This document shows, in pieces, positions 22,701 to 36,684 of a stretch of 64,000 nt of DNA. Each line of letters starts with the position of its first letter. Position 1 is the first letter of the stretch. A program made the position numbers and the translations under genes. Below the pieces are notes generated by a model. The model did no database searches. It was not told the origin of the DNA and saw only the letters and a list, made by a program, of their open reading frames with translations. The DNA is from Balanoglossus misakiensis (taxonomy: Eukaryota; Animalia; Hemichordata), in contig CM082582.2 in assembly GCA_040954595.2 (NCBI GenBank), forward strand, positions 7,008,063-7,072,062, in the 5' to 3' direction.

Positions 22701-25700
22701 AAAAATCATGGGTTATAGCTCATGAAAATCATCAAAATATGACAATTTTTCGACTTTGCGAAATCTCACAATTTGGTCGATTTTTGAAAAAAATCATGGG
22801 TTATAGCTCATGAAAATCATCCAAAAATGACAATTTTTCGACTTTGCGAAATCTCAAAATTTGGTCGATTTTTGAAAAAAATCATGGGTTATAGCTCATG
22901 AAAATCATCAAAAAATGACAATTTTTCGACTTTGCGAAATCTCAAAATTTGGTCGATTTTTGAAAAAAATCATGGGTTATAGCTCATGAAAATCATCAAA
23001 AAATGACAATTTTTCGACTTTGCGAAATCTCAAAATTTGGTCGATTTTTGAAAAAAATCATGGGTTATAGCTCATAAAAAATCATCCAAAAATGACAATT
23101 TATCGACTTTGCGAAATCTCAAAATTTCTTCATTTTTTGAAAAAAATCATGGGTTATAGCTCATGAAAATCATCCAAAAATGAAAATTTTTTGACTTTGC
23201 GAAATCTCAAAATTTGGTCGATTTTTGAAAAAAATCATGGGTTTTAGCTCATGAAAATCATCAGAAAATGACAATTTTTCGACTTTGCGAAATCTCAAAA
23301 TTTCTTCATTTTTTGAAAAAAATCATGGGTTATAGCTCATGAAAATCATCAAAAAATGACAATTTTTCGACTTTGCGAAATCTCAAAATTTGGTCGATTT
23401 TTGAAAAAAATCATGGGTTATAGCTCATGAAAATCATCCAAAAATGACAATTTTTCGACTTTGCGAAATCTCAAAATTTGGTCGATTTTTGAAAAATATC
23501 ATGGGTTATAGCTCTTGAAAATCATCCAAAAATGACAATTTTTCGACTTTGCGAAATCTCAAAATTTCTTCATTTTTTGAAAAAAATCATGGGTTATAGC
23601 TCATGAAAATCATCCAAAAATGACAATTTTTCGACTTTGCGAAATCTCAAAATTTGGTCGATTTTTGAAAAAAATCATGGGTTATAGCTCATGAAAATCA
23701 TCCAAAAATGACAATTTTTCGACTTTGCGAAATCTCAAAATTTCTTCATTTTTTGAAAAAAATCATGGGTTATAGCTCATGAAAATCATCAAAAAATGAC
23801 AATTTTTCGACTTTGCGAAATCTCAAAATTTAGTCGATTTTGAAAAAAATCATGGGTTATAGCTCATGAAAATCATCCAAAAATGACAATTTTTCGACTT
23901 TGCGAAATCTCAAAATTTGGTCGATTTTTGAAAAAAATCATGGGTTATAGCTCATGAAAATCATCAAAAAATGACAATTTTTCGACTTTGCGAAATCTCA
24001 AAATTTGGTCGATTTTTGAAAAAAATCATGGGTTATAGCTCATGAAAATCATCAAAAAATGACAATTTTTAGACTTTGCGAAATCTTAAAATTTCTTCAT
24101 TTTTTGAAAAAAATCATGGGTTATAGCTCATGAAAATCATCCAAAAATGAAAATTTTTCGACTTTGCGAAATCTCAAAATTTGGTCGATTTTTGAAAAAA
24201 ATCATGGGTTATAGCTCATGAAAATCATCAGAAAATGACAATTTTTCGACTTTGCGAAATCTCAAAATTTCTTCATTTTTTGAAAAAAATCATGGGTTAT
24301 AGCTCATGAAAATCATCAAGAAATGACAATTTTTCGACTTTGCGAAAACTCAAAATTTGGTCGATTTTTGTAAAAAAATCATGGGTTATAGCTCATGAAA
24401 ATCATCAAAAAATGACAATTTTTCGACTTTGCGAAATCTCAAAATTTGGTCGATTTTTGAAAAAAATCATGGGTTATAGCTCATGAAAATCATCAGAAAA
24501 TGACAATTTTTCGACTTTGCGAAATCTCAAAATTTCTTCATTTTTTGAAAAAAAATCATGGGTTATAGCTCATGAAAATCATCAAAAAATGACAATTTTT
24601 CGACTTTGCGAAATCTCAAAATTTGGTCGATTTTTGAAAAATATCATGGGTTATAGCTCATGAAAATCATCAAAAAATGACAATTTTTCGACTTTGCGAA
24701 ATCTCAAAATTTGGTCGATTTTTGAAAAAAATCATGGGTTATAGCTCATGAAAATCATCAAAAAATGACAATTTTTCGACTTTGCGAAATCTCAAAATTT
24801 GGTCGATTTTTGAAAAAAATCATGGGTTATAGCTCATGAAAATCATCCAAAAATGACAATTTTTCGACTTTGCGAAATCTCAAAATTTGGTCGATTTTTG
24901 AAAAATATCATGGGTTATAGCTCATGAAAATCATCAAAAAATGACAATTTTTCGACTTTGCGAAATCTGAAAATTTGGTCGATTTTTGAAAAAAATCATG
25001 GGTTATAGCTCATGAAAATCATCCAAAAATGACAATTTTTCGACTTTGCGAAATCTTAAAATTTGGTCGATTTTGAAAAAAATCATGGGTTATAGCTCAT
25101 GAAAATCATCAAAGAATGACAATTTTTCGATATTGCGAAATCTCAAAATTTGGTCGATTTTTGGAAAAAATCATGAGTAATAGCTCATGAAAATCTTCAA
25201 AAAATGACAATTTTTCGACTTTGCGAAATCTCAAAATTTGGTCGATTTTTGAAAAAAATCATGGGTTATAGCTCATGAAAATCATCAAAAAATGACAATT
25301 TTTCGATTTTGCTTAATCGCAAAATTTGGTCGATTTTTGAAAAAAATCATGGGTTATTGCTCATGAAAATCATCCAAAAATGACAATTTTTCGACTTTGC
25401 GAAATCTCAAAATTTGGTCGATTTTTGAAAAAAATCATGGGTTATAGCTCATGAAAATCATCAAGAAATGACAATTTTTCGACTTTGCGAAAACTCAAAA
25501 TTTGGTCGATTTTTGTAAAAAAAATCATGGGTTATAGCTCATGAAAATCATGAAAAAATGATAGTTTTTCGACTTTGCGAAATCTCAAAATTTGGTCGAT
25601 TTTTGAAAAAAATCATGGGTTATAGCTCATGAAAATCATCAAAAAATGACAATTTTTCGACTTTGCGAAATCTCAAAATTTGGTCGATTTTTGAAAAAAA

Positions 25701-28700
25701 TCATGGGTTATAGCTCATGAAAATCTTAAAAAAATGACAATTTTTCGACTTTGCGAAAACTCAAAATTTGGTCGATTTTTGTAAAAAATCATGGGTTATA
25801 GCTCATGAAAATCATCAAAAAATGATAGTTTTTCGACTTTGCGAAATCTCAAAATTTGGTCGATTTTTGAGAAAAAAATCATGGGTTATAGCTCATGAAA
25901 ATCATCAGAAAATGACAATTTTTCGACTTTGCGAAATCTCAAAATTTGGTCGATTTTTGAAAAAAATCATGGGTTATAGCTCATGAAAATCATCCAAAAA
26001 TGACAATTTTTCGACTTTGCGAAATCTCAAAATTTGGTCGATTTTTGAAAAAAATCATGGGTTATAGCTGATGAAAATCATCAAAAAATGACAATTTTTC
26101 GACTTTGCGAAATCTCAAAATTTGGTCGATTTTTGAAAAAAATCATGGGTTATAGCTCATGAAAATCATCAGAAAATGACAATTTTTCGACTTTGCGAAA
26201 TCTCAAAATTTCTTCATTTTTTGAAAAAAATCATGGGTTATAGCTCATGAAAATCATCAAAAAATGACAATTTTTCTACTTTGCGAAATCTCAAAATTTG
26301 GTCGATTTTTGAAAAATATCATGGGTTATAGCTCATGAAAATCATCAAAAAATGACAATTTTTCGACTTTGCGAAATCTGAAAATTTGGTCGATTTTTGA
26401 AAAAAATCATGGGTTATAGCTCATGAAAATCATCCAAAAATGACAATTTTTCGACTTTGCGAAATCTTAAAATTTGGTCGATTTTGAAAAAAATCATGGG
26501 TTATAGCTCATGAAAATCATCAAAGAATGACAATTTTTCGATATTGCGAAATCTCAAAATTTGGTCGATTTTTGAAAAAAATCATGAGTTATAGCTCATG
26601 AAAATCTTCAAAAAATGACAATTTTTCGACTTTGCGAAATCTCAAAATTTGGTCGATTTTTGAAAAAAATCATGGGTTATAGCTCATGAAAATCATCAAA
26701 AAATGACAATTTTTCGATTTTGCTTAATCGCAAAATTTGGTCGATTTTTGAAAAAAATCATGGGTTATTGCTCATGAAAATCATCCAAAAATGACAATTT
26801 TTCGACTTTGCGAAATCTCAAAATTTGGTCGATTTTTGAAAAAAATCATGGGTTATAGCTCATGAAAATCATCCAAAAATGACAATTTTTCGACTTTGCG
26901 AAATCTCAAAATTTGGTCGATTTTGAAAAAATTCATGGGTTATAGCTCATGAAAATCATCAAAAAATGACAATTTTTCGATATTGCGAAATCTCAAAATT
27001 TGGTCGATTTTTGAAAAAAATCATGGGTTATAGCTCATGAAAATCTTAAAAAAATGACAATTTTTCGACTTTGCGAAAACTCAAAATTTGGTCGATTTTT
27101 GTAAAAAATCATGGGTTATAGCTCATGAAAATCATCAAAAAATGATAGTTTTTCGACTTTGCGAAATCTCAAAATTTGGTCGATTTTTGAAAAAAAAATC
27201 ATGGGTTATAGCTCATGAAAATCATCAAAAAAATGACAATTTTTCGACTTTGCGAAATCTCAAAATTTGGTCGATTTTTGAAAAAAATCATGGGTTATAG
27301 CTCATGAAAATCATCCAAAAATGACAATTTTTCGACTTTGCGAAATCTCAAAATTTGGTCGATTTTGAAAAAATTCATGGGTTATAGCTCATGAAAATCA
27401 TCAAAAAATGACAATTTTTCGACTTTGCGAAATCTCAAAATTTGGTCGATTTTTGAAAAAAATCATGGGTTATAGCTCATGAAAATCTTAAAAAAATGAC
27501 AATTTTTCGACTTTGCGAAAACTCAAAATTTGGTCGATTTTTGTAAAAAATCATGGGTTATAGCTCATGAAAATCATCAAAAAATGATAGTTTTTCGACT
27601 TTGCGAAATCTCAAAATTTGGTCGATTTTTGAAAAAAAAATCATGGGTTATAGCTCATGAAAATCATCAAAAAAATGACAATTTTTCGACTTTGCGAAAT
27701 CTCAAAATTTGGTCGATTTTTGAAAAAAATCATGGGTTATAGCTCATGAAAATCATCCAAAAATGACAATTTTTCGACTTTGCGAAATCTCAAAATTTGG
27801 TCGATTTTTGAAAAAAATCATGGGTTATAGCTCATGAAAATCATCAAAAAATGACAATTTTTCGACTTTGCGAAATCTCAAAATTTGGTCGATTTTTGTA
27901 AAAAATCATGGGTTATAGCTCATGAAAATCATCCAAAAATGACAATTTTTCGACTATGCGAAATCTCAAAATTTGGTCGATTTTTGAAAAAAATCATGGG
28001 TTATAGTTCATGAAAATCATCAAAAAATGTCAATTTTTCGACTTTGCGAAAACTCAAAATTTGGTCGATTTTTGAAAAAAATCATGGGTTATAGCTCATG
28101 AAAATCATCCAAAAATGACAATTTTTCGACTTTGCGAAATCTCAAAATTTGGTCGATTTTTGAAAAAAATCATGGGTTATAGCTCATGAAAATCATCCAA
28201 AAATGACAATTTTTCGACTTTGCGAAATCTCAAAATTTCTTCATTTTTTGAAAAAAATCATGGGTTATAGCTCATGAAAATCATCAAGAAATGACAATTT
28301 TTCGCCTTTGCGAAATCTCAAAATTTGGTCGATTTTTCGAAAAAATCATGGGTTATAGCTCATGAAAATCATCAAAAAATGACAATTTTTCGACTTGGCG
28401 AAATCTCAAATTTTGGTCGATTTTTGAAAAAAATCATGGGTTATAGCTCATGAAAATCATCCAACAATGACAATTTTTCGACTTTGCGAAATCTCAAAAT
28501 TTGGTCGATTTTTGAAAAAAATCATGGGTTATAGCTCATGAAAATCATCAAAAAATGACAATTTTTCGACTTTGCGAAATCTCAAAATTTGGTCGATTTT
28601 TGAAAAAAATCATGGGTTATAGCTCATGAAAATCATCAAAAAATGACAATTTTTCGACTTTGCGAAATCTCAAAATTTGGTCGATTTTTGAAAAAAATCA

Positions 28701-28814
28701 TGGGTTATAGCTCATGAAAATCATCAAGAAATGACAATTTTTCGACTTTGCGAAATCTCAAAATTTGGTCGACTTTGAAAAAAATCATGGGTTATAGCTC
28801 ATGAAAATCATCAA
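13747..28814. repeat. 88-bp AT-rich satellite array, ~170 monomers
   Basis: Consensus TCATGGGTTATAGCTCATGAAAATCATCAAAAAATGACAATTTTTCGACTTTGCGAAATCTCAAAATTTGGTCGATTTTTGAAAAAAA. Period of 88 checked at 28441 vs 28529. Recurring variant TTTCTTCAT replaces TTTGGTCGA. No unique spacers. Confidence 0.98.
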
Positions 28815-31670
28815 TTGAAAAACATATGACTAGTTCTGTCATCAGCAAGACAAAAATCGAGGAACCCTTGCGGGAATCTGAGATCAAACACCATGATGAT
28901 TCTTTAAGAACTTTGATACAGCCAGCACTATATATCTTTCCCCCTAAAATGTCTACATACCTGACACAATTCCAGTAAGATAAATGAAGATCGCGAACAT
29001 CATCTGCAGACGGCAAGCTGAATGCACGGTATACTGGAGTCTTAAAGGTGGTCTTTCTGTTACTGGACTCGAGTCTCCCGCAAATGCCAGAGAACGTTTC
29101 CGAATGTGATTTATGCGTGCGTGCAGCGCCCTCTCGGTGACATATTTCAGCATTATTGCGTCACTGATTTGCTTTATTTAGGAGGTAGGATCCGTCACAG
29201 GTGACAGCCAATGAAAATCATAATTCCCAACTGACTTTTTGAGTGTGTTGTTCTTGGTCAAGTATCTATTAGGGGTTGTCTTTATCCCAGACAACGTCCA
29301 GTGGTTTTGGAGAATCAACAATGAGACAGCATGACCAGTCAAATGCTTGCTTAGATATTAGTTTATTGCCAAGTTAAAAGGATTCCCAGGAAGAGAAAGA
29401 ATTTGAGAAATCATAAAACAATTACTTATCAGGTATCTTTCTTTGTTAGTACCTAACCATGCTTTCAGTATTGCTTTAAAACTTTCATTTCGTAGCTGCG
29501 CCACTCCGAAAAAAGGGTTGCATAAATTTCCCCAAGCAACACGACAAAATGCAAGACAAGAGAGAAAATCAGTTGGTGTTCATTATAATTCACAAATCCC
29601 ATCGATTAACATTGATTGACATTTGTTTTCGGAACACGTGTCCCACTTTCGGTTTCCAGATCCATGACTTCAACTAAACACGGGTGAAGGGTTTTCGTTT
29701 TGACAATCAGCTGAAAATGATTCAACAACAGTAAGTATGGGTTTACTAGACAACAAATGACTGTTCGGTTTACGTACATTCACTCATTGCAAACACTTAC
29801 ACCATCGTCATAGAGTGTTGACTATACAGGAGGGATGATTTGACTTTGCGAAAGTTCAAAATTTCTTAATTTTTTAAAAAAAATCATGGTTTATAGCTCA
29901 TGAAAATCATCCAAAAATGACAATTTTTCGACTGTGCGAAAGTACAAAATTTCTTCATCTTTGAAAAAAATCATGGGTTATAGCTTATGAAAATCATCAA
30001 AAAATGACAATTTTTCGACTTTGCGAAATCTCAAAATTTAGTCGATTTTGAAAAAAATCATGGGTTATAGCTCATGAAAATCATCAGAAAATGACAATTT
30101 TTCGACTTTGCGAAATCTCAAAATTTGGTCGATTTTTGAAAAAAATCATGGGTTATAGCTCATGAAAATCATCAGAAAATGACAATTTTTCGACTTTGCG
30201 AAATCTCAAAATTTGGTCGATTTTTGAAAAAAATCATGGGTTATAGCTCATGAAAATCATCAAAAAATGAAAATTTTTCGACTTTGCGAAATCTCAAAAT
30301 TTGGTCGATTTTTGAAAAAAATCATGGGTTATAGCTCATGAAAATCATCCAAAAATGACAATTTTTCGACTTTGCGAAATCTCAAAATTTGGTCGATTTT
30401 TGAAAAAAATCATGGGTTATAGCTCATGAAAATCATCAATTGAAAAACATATGACTAGTTCTGTCATCAGCAAGACAAAAATCGAGGAACCCTTGCGGGA
30501 ATCTGAGATCAAACACCATGATGATTCTTTAAGAACTTTGATACAGCCAGCACTATATATCTTTCCCCCTAAAATGTCTACATACCTGACACAATTCCAG
30601 TAAGATAAATGAAGATCGCGAACATCATCTGCAGACGGCAAGCTGAATGCACGGTATACTGGAGTCTTAAAGGTGGTCTTTCTGTTACTGGACTCGAGTC
30701 TCCCAAAAATGCCAGAGAACGTTTCCGAGTGTGATTTACGCGTGCGTGCAGCGCCCTCTCGGTGACATATTTCAGCATTATTGCGTCACTGATTTGCTTT
30801 ATTTATAGGAGGTAGGATCCGGGACTGGTGACAGCCAATGAAAATCATAATTCCCAACTGACTTTTTGAGTGTGTTGTTCTTGGTCAAGTATCTATTAGG
30901 GGTTGTCTTTATCCCAGACAACGTCCAGTGGTTTTGGAGAATCAACAATGAGACAGCATGACCAGTCAAATGCTTGCTTAGATATTAGTTTATTGCCAAG
31001 TTAAAAGGATTCCCAGGAAGAGAAAGAATTTGAGAAATCATAAAACAATTACTTATCAGGTATCTTTCTTTGTTAGTACCTAACCATGCTTTCAGTATTG
31101 CTTTAAAACTTTCATTTCGTAGCTGCGCCACTCCGAAAAAAGGGTTGCATAAATTTCCCCAAGCAACACGACAAAATGCAAGACAAGAGAGAAAATCAGT
31201 TGGTGTTCATTATAATTCACAAATCCCATCGATTAACATTGATTGACATTTGTTTTCGGAACACGTGTCCCACTTTCGGTTTCCAGATCCATGACTTCAA
31301 CTAAACACGGGTGAAGGGTTTTCGTTTTGACAATCAGCTGAAAATGATTCAACAACAGTAAGTATGGGTTTACTAGACAACAAATGACTGTTCGGTTTAC
31401 GTACATTCACTCATTGCAAACACTTACACCATCGTCATAGAGTGTTGACTATACAGGAGGGATGATTTGACTTTGCGAAAGTTCAAAATTTCTTAATTTT
31501 TTAAAAAAAATCATGGTTTATAGCTCATGAAAATCATCCAAAAATGACAATTTTTCGACTGTGCGAAAGTACAAAATTTCTTCATCTTTGAAAAAAATCA
31601 TGGGTTATAGCTTATGAAAATCATCAAAAAATGACAATTTTTCGACTTTGCGAAGTTTCAAAATTTCTTA
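28815..31670. repeat. Tandem duplication (~1.63-kb period) of the lectin 3'-flank plus satellite monomers (29842-30439 ~7 monomers; 31469-31668 ~2 monomers)
   Basis: 28815-29841 is repeated at 30440-31468 with a few substitutions. Both are homologous to copy-1 intron sequence ~8265-9118. Confidence 0.92.
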
Positions 31671-31745
31671 GTTGACTGTTAAACTGAGGTAAACAAATTA
31701 ATACCTGGCAAATGTGCGAAGAGCCACAAGAAAGGCCATTGATAC

Positions 31746-32509
31746 TTACCTTCTCCCAAAGACTTCCAATTCACAAAGGTAAATTGCTCGCATTGCACCC
31801 TCTTTCATGAAAGTTACATATCTGCCTGTGGTGATGCCCCATTCACACTTCCATAACACTTCACCACCAGAAAAGAAAACATTATCCTCGCTGGATACGC
31901 ATACTTGCGCGCTGTATGGGCATTCTTGCAATTGCCCGGTGCCGTCAACATCACTGACATTGATAACAATGTCGTGATACCCACCTTTCAAGAAATAATA
32001 GCCATTTTAGGCTTCAATAAACTCATAATGTTTGAATACGTTAAGATAATATACCCTTAAGGACAAACCTTGCCAGTGTTTAAATAGGCAAATTGGAAAT
32101 CTGTTGAAAGCGATATACTGCATATCACTTGGTTAATTAGAAAAGCATCTACTTACAGCCTGTCTCTGACATACTGGCGTTGCAACTTGTCGGAAACACC
32201 AATTTGACATATTCAATTCGTCGTGGACTTCCCAAATCAATCTGAAATGTTGGTCGGTCCACTTTAGGACCAGAATCAGCACAGGTTAGATGATTTCCGT
32301 CGACGAGGTAAGGTAGTGTGTCCAGTGTACCTGGTTCCAGCCTTATACCACTCACTGGTTTATTGAGAGCAAGATTATTTTCAACGACTAAATAGGTAAA
32401 CAAAACAGAGAAACACGTGTTATTTCTGGATGACGATGTTTTCCTTACTTGTTTTTGATAATCGTAGATATGTCAACGGGATAAAATTAACTTATTCACT
32501 TTTAAACTC

Positions 32510-32542
<33 letters not shown>

Positions 32543-35035
32543 GTCGAAAGACAGACAGACGGACGGACGGACGGACAGACAGACTGACAGACAGACTGTC
32601 TGACAGACCTAAAGACAGACAGACAGACAGACTGTTTATAATATAACCCTTCTGGTTCACAATAAACACCAATAAATAAATAAAGACTGGGAGTACGTTT
32701 CTAACGTAATTATAGTTTTATTGTCCGGTTTTTATTTGTTGATGTTAAATAGTTGACTATAAAACGAAATAAACAAAATAATACGAAGAGCGAAGAGCCC
32801 CAAGAAAGGCCATTGATACTTACCTTGTAATTCACAAAGGTAAATTGCTTGATCACTTCCTTCTTTGATGAAAGTTACATATCTGCCTGTGGTGACGCCC
32901 CCTGAACACGCCAAAAACAATTGACCACCTGGTACAAAAATATCACTCTCGCTACGTACGCATTCTTCCCCGATGCCTTTCAATTGATCACCGACCATGA
33001 TAACAAAGTTGCTATACACACCTTTGAAGAAATGATAGCCATGTTATGCTTCAATCAAAAACTCATTATTTATAATGCGTTAAGATAATATACCTTTACG
33101 GACAAATCTCGCCAGTGTTTAAAAGACAAATTGGAAATCTGTTGAAAGCGGCATATTGCATATCACTTGGTTGGATATTACCGTCAAATTAGGCACAGTA
33201 TTGAACAAATATTTATGCATTAATTATGAATAATATTCACCCGTTTCTGATATATCTCTTGGTCGTTTACGATAGTCAGAACTTGATAAGAATTCTATAT
33301 CTGTTGCAGGCTTTCGTCAAATTCGGATAAAAATATTTAACTTTCTTGTTTTTGTATTTTAAGCGTATAAAATGCACTGTTAATTAGAAAAGCATCTACT
33401 TACAGCCTTTCCCTGACCTAGTGGCGTCGCAACTTTTCGGAAACACCAATTTGACACTATGAATTTGTTGTGGAATTCCCAAATCAATCTGAAATGCTGG
33501 TCGGTTTACCAAACCACCAGAATCGGCACAGGTAAATGAACCACCATCGACGAGGTAAGGTAGTGTGTCCAGTGTACCTGGTTCCAGCCCTATACCACTC
33601 ACTGGTTTATTGAGAGCAAGATTATTTTGACCGACTAAATAGGTAAACAAAACAGAGAAACACGTGTTATTTCTGGATGACGATGTTTTCCTTACTTGTT
33701 TTTGATAATCGTAGATATGTCAACGGGATAAAATTAACTTATTCACTTTTAAACTCAGACAGACAGACAGACAGACAGTCGAAAGACAGACAGACGGACG
33801 GACGGACGGACGGACGGACAGACAGACAGACAGACAGTCAGACAGACCTAAAGACAGATAGACAGACAGACAGACTGTCTATTATATAACCCTTCTGGTT
33901 CACAATAAACACCAATAAATAAATAAAGACTGGGAGTACGTTTCTAACGTAATTATAGTTTTATTGTCCGGTTTTTATTTGTTGATGTTAAATAGTTGAC
34001 TATAAAACGAAATAAACAAAATAATGCGAAGAGCCCCAAGAAAGGCCATTGATACTTACCTTGTAATTCACAAAGGTAAATTGCTTGATCACTTCCTTCT
34101 TTGATGAAAGTTACATATCTGCCGGTGGAGACGCCCCATAAACACTCCAATAACAAATGACCACCTGGTACAAAAATATTACTCTCCCTACGTACGCATA
34201 CTTCCCCGGTGCCGTCCAATTCATCACCGACCATGATAACAAAGTTGCTATACACACCTTTGAAGAAATGATAGCCATGTTATGCTTCAATCAAAAACTC
34301 ATTATTTATAATGCGTTAAGATAATATACCTGTACGGACAAATCTCGCCAGTGTTTAAAAGACAAATTGGAAATCTGTTGAAAGCGGCATATTGCATATC
34401 ACTTGGTTGGATATTACCGTCAAATTAGGCACAGTATTGAACAAATATTTATGCATTAATTATGAATAATATTCACCCGTTTCTGATATATCTCTTGGTC
34501 GTTTACGATAGTCAGAACTTGATAAGAATTCTATATCTGTTGCAGGCTTTCGTCAAGTTCGGATAAAAATATTTAACTTTCTTGTTTTTGTATTTTAAGC
34601 CTATAAAATGCACTGTTAATTAGAAAAGCATCTACTTACAGCCTGTCCCTGTCCTAGTGGCGTTGCAACTTTCCGGAAACACCAATTTGACACTTTCAAT
34701 TTGTTGAGGAATTCCCAAATCAATCTGAAATGCTGGTCGGTTTACCAAACCACCAGAATCGGCACAGGTTAGTGGATTTCCGTCGACGAGGTAAGGCAGT
34801 GTGTCCAGTGTACATGGTTCCAGCCCTATACCTCTGACGGGTTTTCCCAATGCTAAATTGGTCTCGCCTGGAAACGCAAACGTTGGGAATGTTTACTGTT
34901 TCCGCGCATCCTAATATAAAAATGGTTGGGACAGAATATGCTTAACCCAGATGATGATAATAAAAATTGCTAACACTGACCAGATGTTTCTCTTAAGCCA
35001 ACTGCAACCGCCAACACAAATACCAATGCCTTCAT
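31746..35035 (-). CDS. Secreted F-type-lectin-like protein, copy 2: SP + 3 FTP domains (~459 aa)
   Basis: Exons 35035-34981, 34867-34640, 34257-34060, 33634-33404, 33021-32824, 32387-32157, 31984-31746. Total 1380 nt, open frame, ends ...LCELEVFGRR*. Confidence 0.8.
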
Positions 35036-36684
35036 CGTGCGGTTATTTGGTTCCGATCGGAAAGACCTGAAAAGAAGTCAGTATAAAATTTGACTAAAAT
35101 TACTGACACAATGGTAAATTAAAATGCGTTATACAGGATAAGGAAATTGGGATAGAGTTCTGTTGAAAGTACATAAATGAAAAGGATCAGGAGATATGGG
35201 AAAATGCACTTTGTAGCTGAAGAAATACTTTTTAACAGAAAGGTGCCTATTCCATACCTTGTTACCTGAAAGTGACTGTGGGGATGTGTACACGGTTCTC
35301 GAAACGACACCTCAACAGATCAACTGTCTACTGTTTTTTCTGTGGTGCAATATTCTCACTTTATATGTTTCAAAGCCTGTCACGTGCGCGTTCCCACTCA
35401 ATTATGCAAATTACTTCTGGGCTCTTGCAAACAATATCCCCACCCCCAGGGTCTTACAAACCTATATTTTTTTCCGCCGAAGGAAAGCATTGTTCCATTC
35501 TCGTCTTAGTGTATTGTCCAATAAGGGGCTTTTTATTCTGAGAGATGGTGACGTGGCAACAAAGCGTCTCTTAGACAGCTTTAAAATAGAAATCAGACGA
35601 AACAGGTAAAAACCTGCGTCGTTGGATGCGGGCAGAGCAAAATATTTCCGGATTGCCATACGTTTGAAATGGAATCGCGTCGGGACTATTTTGAAATACT
35701 GTGTGCGATATTCCAATGTGTATGGCGGAGAATGAAATGTTCCGTTTCCCGCTTTGGTGAACACTATTGCGGAGAAAACTACGACCACGAAAGCGAAAAC
35801 TGTTTTTCTCCAAGCACAATGCGTCATAGAATTGAGGTACAATTTGTATGAAAAATACGTTGTGATTTACTGGCAGAAAAGTATCCTGTCCATCAAGTTG
35901 AATTGTTTTTACCAAATATGACAAATGTTGACTAAAAGGGAACAGTATTAGTATTTTGTTAAGCCGAATGCATGGATATTGGTGACGTTTGAGTGCCATC
36001 TTGAATTAAAATTATCAGTAATCACTTGCAGGGGTTGTTTTTATCCCAGACAACCTCCAGTGGCTTTGAAGAATCATCAATGAGACAGCATGACCAGTCA
36101 AATGCTTGCTTAGATATCAGTTTATTGCCAAGTTATAAGGATTTCCAGGAAGAGAAAGAATTTGAGAAATCAAGAGAGAAAAGTTGGTGTTCATTAACAT
36201 TCACAAGTCCCATCGATTAATTGTCTGTTTATATTGTGGATAGACAAGTAATTCATCACCGATATTATCTCTAGGTGCCAAAACCTTCTCATCATGGGGG
36301 AGGGGGGGGAGACGTGATTACTATCAAGCACCCGGTAACACGCTTACCGTTTCTTTCAGACAGTTTGGTCCAAAATTTTACTTTCAATTTTTAAAGTGAT
36401 GCATTATTTTCTCGCACTACTGGCTGCTATGGTGTAAGTAGAACAACGCGGCCTGGGGTTCAAAATTCCTGGACAAAGCCCCGGTATAGTCAGAGACATA
36501 TGCTGCCGCATACCGCACACAAGAGGAAGGGCTGAGCAAAAGTAAATTCGAGAATCTTTGCTCGGCTATTTTCTCTCGTTGATCAGAATTTCTGCATTTC
36601 AGCTAAAATATAAATTGCAGTGCAGACACAAACAGTTCGGATAGCATACACACATGCATGCAATGGTGGTCACTCACGTCTCTG

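Noticed and set aside
13747-28814. CRISPR array or coding repeat (ORFs at 25768, 27088, 27530)
   Set aside because: Head-to-tail monomers with no unique spacers and no cas genes in a eukaryotic context. The ORFs are chance read-throughs of satellite variants.
36026-36220. Recurrent 61-64-aa ORF (..MRQHDQSNACLDISLLPSYKDFQEEKEFEK..)
   Set aside because: Part of the non-coding flanking module; interrupted by a stop or indels in several copies.
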